Shown here: positions 58,120-64,000 of the stretch, in pieces
How the letters are laid out: the number at the start of each line of letters is the position of its first letter
Numbering within the stretch: the first letter of the stretch is position 1
From: an uncultured Chloroflexia bacterium
GTDB taxonomy: Bacteria; Chloroflexota; Anaerolineae; Anaerolineales; Villigracilaceae
Direction of reading: 5' to 3'
Assembly (NCBI GenBank): GCA_963784915.1
Contig: CAWATK010000005.1
Location: 18,708-82,707 of the forward strand
DNA: 64,000 nucleotides
Translations under genes and position numbers: made by a program
The notes under the pieces: model-generated
What the model was told of the DNA's origin: nothing
The model's database searches: none
The model's input: only the letters and a program-made list of their open reading frames with translations

Positions 58120-58867
58120 CTACGTGATCAGTGTGGTTTGTTCGATGTTTTCCATGCGACCATACAAGATCTCCTCGTTGATCTCGAGGTTGTTGATCAG
58201 GCTCAGCGCCAGGACAATGCCGTTCCCCACGAGTTCCCCTTCGACTTCGCCGTACTCGACCTCCAACACCACGTTGTCGGCCTGCATGTCATTGGCGGCG
58301 CCACGGGGGTCCTGCCAGGTGCCGAGGGCGCTTAGTTCGGTGGTGGCCTTCATAAAATCCAGCACGGCCGATTTCTGCCGGGGTACCGTCAATGTCAGCA
58401 GTTCACGCTGTGTTCGGGCCAGCCGCGTGTTCGTGCTTTCGTCGCCGAACAATAGGCCGTAAAGCATGTCTTTTCCGAGATCAAGCAGCGCGGCGCCCCG
58501 CGGGGTACGGTAACGGTCGTCGATCAGGTCGGTCCCCTTGCGCGGGCAGCCCTTCCTAAGCAGTCCGTCGCGCTGCAGCGTGCGGCGGTTCCAGTGCCGG
58601 TTTGCCTCGAGGAAACGCGACAAGACGCCGCCGTTCAGTCCGAGCTTCCGAACGCGCTGGACGCGCTCGGCGCTGCCTTCTATCCTCTTCTTCCCGAAAG
58701 TTCTTTCGATCCCTGGCTTGCAAGCTGTGGGCGTCAAGTGACAGCCGGATGACCTGTTCGATCAGCCACTCGCGGTCCTTACCCGCCAGTTGGGCCCGGA
58801 GCCTCTCCTCGAACTGCGGCACAAGCTCGCGGTTGATTTGCCGCACGACGGTCTCGATATTGGACAT
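58120..58867 (-). CDS. Hypothetical protein (about 250 aa); frameshift near 58718
   Basis: The two ORFs join as ...EQVIRLSLDAHSLQ / GIERTFGKKRIEGSAERVQRVRKLGLNGG.... I recognise no family. Confidence 0.5.
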
Positions 58868-58948
58868 CAGCACTCTCCACTTCTTCCCCTAAGATTGACC
58901 ATTGTGAAGCTCCGGAGGGACGCGGTCACGGACGTACTCGGGTCATCA

Positions 58949-60493
58949 CTACGGAAAGGCATCCTGCAGGCCGACCTCATCCACGAGGGTCGTACCGTTG
59001 TGGACATACATCCCATTCTCCAGCTTGCGGTAGTCGCTTCGTTGCCTCATGTAATCAGGCAGGCGGATCCAGTTGTCTGCAATAAGGTCCGGCAACAGCC
59101 GGCCGATGCTGTAATCGTAGTTCCACTTGTCGTGGCCGGGGTAGAAGCTGGTTCGTCGAGGACCGTGCGTAATCACGGGATCATTCAGGCCAAGCAGGTC
59201 TATGGTGGTGCGCTGGGAGTAGTAAGGAATCTGGCCCGCGGCGTGGACGGCGATGGTCGCATACGGCGAGGTGTGTGCGGCAATCGCCAGGCCCGCCCGT
59301 GCTCTCCGAATGTCGGACTGCAACAAGGGTGCATTGTCCGCGGCCCAGCGGTACCACGGTACGCCGCTCATAAGGGCCAATGTCCCGACACCAGCCATCA
59401 GACTGGTCATCCACGAAGGGGGAACGCGGATGCCTGCCCAAGACCGTCCGATCAGGGCGCGCTCCACGACGAGCGAAAAGAGAATGATGAGCGCCGGAAC
59501 ACCCTGGGTAATGAAGCGGTTGGCCGAGGCCACCTCCGGCTCCGCGTAGTCGCCCCCGACCCAAATGGAGTAGAGACACTGAACCACGAATAGCGCTGCC
59601 AACAGCAGCGCTCCGTGGGATCTGAAGTCGCGGAAGCGCCAAATACCGACTGCCGCGACGACGCAGGGGATTCCCACATCGCGCAAGGCATACTGGATGA
59701 ATACCAGCACCCCGTGCTTCAAGCGCGCCTCCAGCAAGCCGCCGGCCAGTTTTTGATAGTATGTGTTCGGTAAGAAATCGCCGAAATAGGCCCGTTGGAA
59801 GAACAGGATGAGCGTTAGCGTGGCTGCCACGAATAAGACAGAAAAAAATGCCTGCCGCCGTTTGAAGGGCTTGCGGAGGGCGAAGTACACCAGAATGATC
59901 GCGGCCTGCACAATGGCGTCAAGCCGCACGAGAAGCGCGGCGGCCAAGAGCATGCCCAGCCCGTGCGCCGCCTCGGTCTTGCCGGATATGTCCCGCATAG
60001 CGAGCAGCGCTGCCAGGTTCAGAAGCAGCACCAGCAAGCCTACCTCCATGCCTCGGAGCGACCAGAAGACCAGCGGGAAGTAGAACGCGGTGACGCCTGC
60101 GGCCACGAGCGGCGCCATATGGGAGTTGGGGGCAACCTCCAAGCTGATGCCATGCACTACACAGGCGTTTCCCAGCAGGATTCCGGCAGACAAGGTCATT
60201 ACGGCCAAAGAAATGCCTTCACCCGGCAGGCCCGCCATATGAAGGACAGCCATGAGCAATAACCACCCAGGATTGGTGAAGCCCTGGATGGGTTGGTCGC
60301 CGATGTTCCAGACCAGTCCGTGGCCCTGGGCCAAGTGCTGCGCGTAGCGCATGCTGATCATGGCGTCGTCGATCAGAGTGAAGTACTGGTGACCGTCTAC
60401 TCGGAAAGAGGTGCGGCCGATAAAGACCGCGTACAAGAGGGCTGCTGCGACCAGCAGGATTGTCAGGGCTAATTGGGGTCGATATCTTGGCAT
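58949..60493 (-). CDS. Polytopic membrane protein, GT-C-type glycosyltransferase candidate
   Basis: 514 aa with about 12 TM helices. The N-terminal loop LIDDAMISMRYAQHLAQGHGLVWNIGDQPIQGFTNPGW resembles the DD-containing first loop of GT-C arabinosyl/mannosyl transferases. Confidence 0.55.
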   Translation of the reverse strand: MPRYRPQLALTILLVAAALLYAVFIGRTSFRVDGHQYFTLIDDAMISMRYAQHLAQGHGLVWNIGDQPIQGFTNPGWLLLMAVLHMAGLPGEGISLAVMTLSAGILLGNACVVHGISLEVAPNSHMAPLVAAGVTAFYFPLVFWSLRGMEVGLLVLLLNLAALLAMRDISGKTEAAHGLGMLLAAALLVRLDAIVQAAIILVYFALRKPFKRRQAFFSVLFVAATLTLILFFQRAYFGDFLPNTYYQKLAGGLLEARLKHGVLVFIQYALRDVGIPCVVAAVGIWRFRDFRSHGALLLAALFVVQCLYSIWVGGDYAEPEVASANRFITQGVPALIILFSLVVERALIGRSWAGIRVPPSWMTSLMAGVGTLALMSGVPWYRWAADNAPLLQSDIRRARAGLAIAAHTSPYATIAVHAAGQIPYYSQRTTIDLLGLNDPVITHGPRRTSFYPGHDKWNYDYSIGRLLPDLIADNWIRLPDYMRQRSDYRKLENGMYVHNGTTLVDEVGLQDAFP

Positions 60494-60521
60494 CGTCGCC
60501 GCTTGATTCGGCTTGCGTGCT

Positions 60522-61901
60522 CTAGAGGAGCGTCCCCCGCAAGATGAATCCTGCGGCCGTGAAGTAGATGATCAACCCGGAAACATCCACGAGGGTTGCC
60601 ACAAATGGGGCCGAAGATGTGGCCGGGTCCAGTCCAAGCCGCCTCAAGAGAAGCGGCAGCATGGAACCCGCAAGTGTGCCCCACAGGACGATACCGATCA
60701 GGGCAGTGCCAACCGTGAGTCCCAGCAGTGGCCAGTGAGGACCATAGGAATGGAACAGGTTAGCCCACAGCGCAATGCGCGTAAACCCTATGACGCCCAG
60801 GATCGCGCCCAGGGACAGGCCGGAGACGATCTCCCTCGACATGACGCGCCACCAGTCGTGCAGGCGAACATCACCCAGCGCCATGGCGCGGATGATCAGC
60901 GTAGAGGCCTGCGAGCCGGAGTTACCGCCGCTGGATATCACGAGCGGAACGAACACCGACAGTATCACGGCTTTCGCGATCTCGGTTTCGTAGCGCGCCA
61001 TAGCCGTGGTCGTGAGCATCTCGCTCAGAAACAGGATGACGAGCCAGGTAGCTCGTTTACGCACCATGGTTGGAACCGCCACTTTAAGATATGGCTCGTC
61101 AAAGGCCTCCGTACCGCCGATCTTTTGTATATCCTCTGTTGCCTCTTCTTCTGCCACATCGAGGATGTCGTCCACGGTGACGACGCCGATTAGCACGCCC
61201 TCGCTGTCGGTGACCGGAAGGGCCAGCAGGTCGGTGTCTTTGAATGCCTCGATCGCCTGTTCGCGGTGGTCGGTGGCCCGCAGCGCTACGAAGCGAGAAT
61301 CCATGAGGTCTGCGACCCGGGTCCGTGGTTGTGCCAGCAGAACCTGCCTTATGCGCACGTCATCCACCAGCTTGCCGTTGCCGTCGATGACGTAGATCAT
61401 GCTCAAGCTCTCGCTGTCCTTTCCGTAGCGACGGATGTGATCCAGCGCGTGCGATACCGTCCAGCCCGATCGGATCCGTACGAAGTCGGGGCTCATCAGC
61501 CGTCCGACGCTGTCCTCGTCGTACCCCAACAACTGGGCTGCCACCGCCCGTTCGCGGGGTGAAAGCAGGTCGAGCAGCCGCTGCATTACCCCAGCCGGCA
61601 TCTCTTCCAGAAGCGAGGTGCGGTCATCCGGGGACATGGCGTTCAAAATGGCAGCGACCTCGGAGTGCGCCAGCGCCTTCAGCAGATGTTCCTGGCGTTC
61701 GGGCTCGATGTAGGAAAAGACCTTTGCGGCCAATTCCCGCGGCAACAGCCGGAAGATGACGGCCTGCCGCTCTGCTGGAAGAGCCTCCATGACGTCAGCC
61801 AGGTCACTGGCGCGCCAGTTCTGGCTGTTTTCCCGAATTGCGGCAAAATCACGCGAGGCAATTAGCGCGTCGAGGTCCAGGGCATCTTGTTGTCGGGTCA
61901 T
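60522..61901 (-). CDS. mgtE: Magnesium transporter MgtE
   Basis: N-domain (...ALPAERQAVIFRLLP), tandem CBS domains and a TM domain with GGNSGSQAS and ATLVDVSGLIIYF. Confidence 0.95.
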   Translation of the reverse strand: MTRQQDALDLDALIASRDFAAIRENSQNWRASDLADVMEALPAERQAVIFRLLPRELAAKVFSYIEPERQEHLLKALAHSEVAAILNAMSPDDRTSLLEEMPAGVMQRLLDLLSPRERAVAAQLLGYDEDSVGRLMSPDFVRIRSGWTVSHALDHIRRYGKDSESLSMIYVIDGNGKLVDDVRIRQVLLAQPRTRVADLMDSRFVALRATDHREQAIEAFKDTDLLALPVTDSEGVLIGVVTVDDILDVAEEEATEDIQKIGGTEAFDEPYLKVAVPTMVRKRATWLVILFLSEMLTTTAMARYETEIAKAVILSVFVPLVISSGGNSGSQASTLIIRAMALGDVRLHDWWRVMSREIVSGLSLGAILGVIGFTRIALWANLFHSYGPHWPLLGLTVGTALIGIVLWGTLAGSMLPLLLRRLGLDPATSSAPFVATLVDVSGLIIYFTAAGFILRGTLL

Positions 61902-61910
61902 GTTCGGTGT

Positions 61911-62090
61911 CCGATGGGCGTGATCAGAATGGGCAGGACGCGGGGATTATACATCCCGCATTCAACCAGCTGCCGATCATCCACTAGCCCCGCGCGGGCT
62001 CGCAGTGACAGGCTGGCGTCGAGAGACGTGGCTTGGCTATCATCGGTGATCGCCGCTGTGAGCGGCGTCCGCCGGAATTCCCTCAAGATG
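61911..62090 (-). promoter_or_regulatory. Structured mgtE leader; candidate M-box (Mg2+) riboswitch
   Basis: The minus-strand leader has several hairpins. Segments resemble M-box cores as I recall them: GUCUCUCGACGCCAGCCUGUCA, GGCAGCUGG, GUCCUGCCCAUUCUGAUCACGCCCAUCGG. CCGAUG...CAUCGG could close P1. This has not been verified with a covariance model. Confidence 0.35.
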
Positions 62091-62269
62091 TGGTTGCCAG
62101 ATTGCATTCCGGTCTGAACCGGATGTGCTGAGAAGGGCGGCGGGCCGGGTTCGCCCGAGGAGCAGGGAATCTCCTGAGTCATCCACCGCGCTCCGGTATC
62201 GCCGTCAGTGATCAGTCGGGTTCGCTGTGCTCGATGTCCGGACGCCGCGGGCTCCGCTCGCAAGGGCTG

Positions 62270-62275
62270 TATAAT
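62270..62275 (+). promoter_or_regulatory. Perfect TATAAT upstream of deoC
   Basis: gggctgTATAATtccagaggaccacaGGAGttccgATG has the -10 element, Shine-Dalgarno sequence and ATG (62299) in a sensible arrangement. Confidence 0.35.
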
Positions 62276-62298
62276 TCCAGAGGACCACAGGAGTTCCG

Positions 62299-63285
62299 AT
62301 GATTTCAGCGCTTGAGAAGGACCATCTAACCGGACTCAATCGAAATGCGGGCATGCCGCTGGATTTGGATTGGGTAATGGGTGCGCACGTCAACCGCAGT
62401 GCAGTGGAAAGGCGGGTAGAGACGCTGCCCAAGCGCCGCAGCATCAAGAAGATGTGGCAAGCGGCCTGGCTGCTCCGCGCCGTGACCTGCATAGACCTGA
62501 CGACGCTGGCGGGTGATGATACGCCGGGACGCATCCGGCGGCTTTGCGCCAAAGCCAGGCGGCCCATTCGTCTGGACATGCTCGAGGGTCTGGGGCTAGG
62601 CGGCCAGAGCATCACTGTTGGAGCGGTATGCGTGTACCCCAATCGGGTGAAGGACAGCGTTGAAGCGCTGCGCGGCTCTAACATCCCTGTGGCCTCTGTC
62701 GCAACCGGCTTTCCGGCGGGCCAGACACCCCTGCCCCAACGCATCGGGGAGATCGAACAGGCCATTGAGGCCGGCGCTGGCGAAGTCGACGTCGTAATTG
62801 CCCGCAACCTTGTGCTGACCGGAGAGTGGCGAACACTCTATGACGAGATACGCCAGTTCCGGAAGACCTGCGGTGATTCCGCGCACATGAAGACCATACT
62901 TGCGACCGGAGACCTGGGGACCCTCAAGCAGGTTTACCAGGCGAGCCTGGTGGCCATGATGGCCGGGTCCGACTTCATCAAGACCTCGACCGGCAAGGAG
63001 AGCGTCAATGCCACGCTGGAAGTCAGTCTGGTGATGACACGTGCCATCCGGGAGTATGCGGAACGCACCGGATTCAAGGTGGGTTTCAAGCCGGCCGGCG
63101 GCATAAGCACGGCGAAAAAGGCCCTGGCATGGCAGGCGTTGATGAAGGAAGAGCTGGGCGAAGAATGGCTGATGCCCGATCTCTTTCGCATCGGCGCCAG
63201 CAGCCTGTTGACTGACCTTGAGCGCCAGCTTTATCACTACATGACCGGTCGCTATGCCGCGCAGCATCACATGCCGATGGGCTAG
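62299..63285 (+). CDS. deoC: Deoxyribose-phosphate aldolase (long form)
   Basis: CIDLTTLAGDDTPG, VCVYP, VATGFPAGQ, DFIKTSTGK (Schiff-base Lys) and KPAGGI. Confidence 0.9.
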   Translation: MISALEKDHLTGLNRNAGMPLDLDWVMGAHVNRSAVERRVETLPKRRSIKKMWQAAWLLRAVTCIDLTTLAGDDTPGRIRRLCAKARRPIRLDMLEGLGLGGQSITVGAVCVYPNRVKDSVEALRGSNIPVASVATGFPAGQTPLPQRIGEIEQAIEAGAGEVDVVIARNLVLTGEWRTLYDEIRQFRKTCGDSAHMKTILATGDLGTLKQVYQASLVAMMAGSDFIKTSTGKESVNATLEVSLVMTRAIREYAERTGFKVGFKPAGGISTAKKALAWQALMKEELGEEWLMPDLFRIGASSLLTDLERQLYHYMTGRYAAQHHMPMG

Positions 63286-63351
63286 GTGACCGACAACCGA
63301 AAAACCCGCGCGGCCGGTTTAGGGCTTGCGAGTGAAAAAGGGAGGCACGCG

Positions 63352-64000
63352 ATGAGCGAGTTGCTGAAGCTCTTCAATAGCATGGACTATGGGCCAGCCC
63401 CCGAGTCGCCCGCGGCGGTCAGAGCCTGGCTCGACGCACATGGCCGTAAGTTCGGCCTTTTCATCAACAATGAATGGGTCGTTCCAAAGGGCGCGGCATA
63501 CTACTCGAGTTACGACCCATCCAACGGCGAGTTGCTTGGCGAGACGGTCCAGGCTGGCCAAAAGGACGTGGACCAGGCCGTGGCGGCGGCACGCGCGGCG
63601 TTCTCCGGCTGGAGCAGAGCGCCGGGCGTCGTCCGGGCACGGCACCTGTACGCCATCGCACGCAATATCCAGAAACACCAACGCCTATTGGCTGTGCTGG
63701 AATCCATGGATAACGGCAAGCCCATCCGCGAGTTTCGTGACATCGATGTGCCGCTGCTGGCGCGGCACTTCTACTATTATGCAGGCTGGGCGCAACTCAT
63801 GGAGACCGAGCTGCGCGATTATCAGGCGTTGGGCGTGGTGGGGCAAATCATTCCGTGGAATTTTCCCCTGCTCATGCTTGGATGGAAGATCGCTCCGGCC
63901 ATCGCCACCGGCAATACCGTGGTTCTCAAGCCCGCCTCCTATACGCGCCTTAGCGCCTTGCTGTTTGCTGAGATCGTTGCTGAGGCGGGCGTGCCGGCTG
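63352..64000 (+). CDS. Aldehyde dehydrogenase family protein, N-terminal part (runs off the right edge)
   Basis: ATG 63352 follows AAAGGGAGG. The protein reads ...FINNEWV...[10 protein letters not shown]...[12 protein letters not shown]...[12 protein letters not shown]...[32 protein letters not shown]. It is not in the ORF track because it has no stop within the window. Confidence 0.85.
   Translation, partial: MSELLKLFNSMDYGPAPESPAAVRAWLDAHGRKFGLFINNEWVVPKGAAYYSSYDPSNGELLGETVQAGQKDVDQAVAAARAAFSGWSRAPGVVRARHLYAIARNIQKHQRLLAVLESMDNGKPIREFRDIDVPLLARHFYYYAGWAQLMETELRDYQALGVVGQIIPWNFPLLMLGWKIAPAIATGNTVVLKPASYTRLSALLFAEIVAEAGVPA

Noticed and set aside
82-58873. The many frameshifts as programmed ribosomal frameshifting or slippery transcription.
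   Set aside because: No shared slippery heptamer or stimulatory structure is present at the sites. They hit unrelated genes in both directions (+1 and -1), so indel error is the parsimonious explanation.
61898-62263. 121-codon ORF immediately upstream of mgtE.
   Set aside because: It has no recognisable motif and a poor start context. It is fully occupied by strong RNA hairpins, so it is better explained as a structured leader.
1-64000. Search for CRISPR arrays, rRNA, prophage or integrative elements and long direct or inverted repeats.
   Set aside because: I saw no repeat-spacer periodicity, no rRNA-like conserved blocks and no integrase, transposase or phage structural genes. The only internal duplication noted is within the loader gene.

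Overview
High-GC bacterial chromosomal segment (roughly 60-65% GC by eye, not computed). The gene content (DUF3048, DUF1684, a PDWL/TPR protein, large GT-C-like membrane proteins, BFN next to dnaB) suggests a Chloroflexota-like organism; that placement is inference only. I can support about 57 protein-coding genes and 3 tRNAs (Sec-UCA, Pro-GGG, Val-CAC), plus several hairpin terminators and sigma70-like promoters. I saw no rRNA, CRISPR array, transposase, integrase or phage structural genes. Most content is housekeeping: pstC'AB-phoU, a BFN-dnaB-dnaD-like-dnaC-like operon, two ECF sigma/anti-sigma pairs, ruvB, queA, UDG, pdp, ndk, rsfS, thpR, treS, selB, aspA, a MoxR-DUF58 cluster, trxB, mdh, citrate synthase, mgtE, deoC and a partial ALDH. 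The main observations are: (1) The helicase-loader gene in the dnaB operon encodes two complete DnaC/IstB-type AAA+ modules fused in one polypeptide. (2) A selenocysteine decoding set is present: tRNA-Sec, selB, and an AhpC/TSA-fold gene with an in-frame TGA at the CxxC position followed by a SECIS-like hairpin, which the ORF track truncates. (3) An orphan, translationally coupled cluster of degenerate Mrp/complex-I antiporter-like membrane proteins. (4) About 20 reading-frame breaks in 16 otherwise normal genes, most simply explained as assembly indels, which affects every interpretation here. (5) A decayed GH1 relic upstream of treS. (6) A long structured mgtE leader with M-box-like segments. 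All family assignments come from motif recognition by eye; no database search was run.
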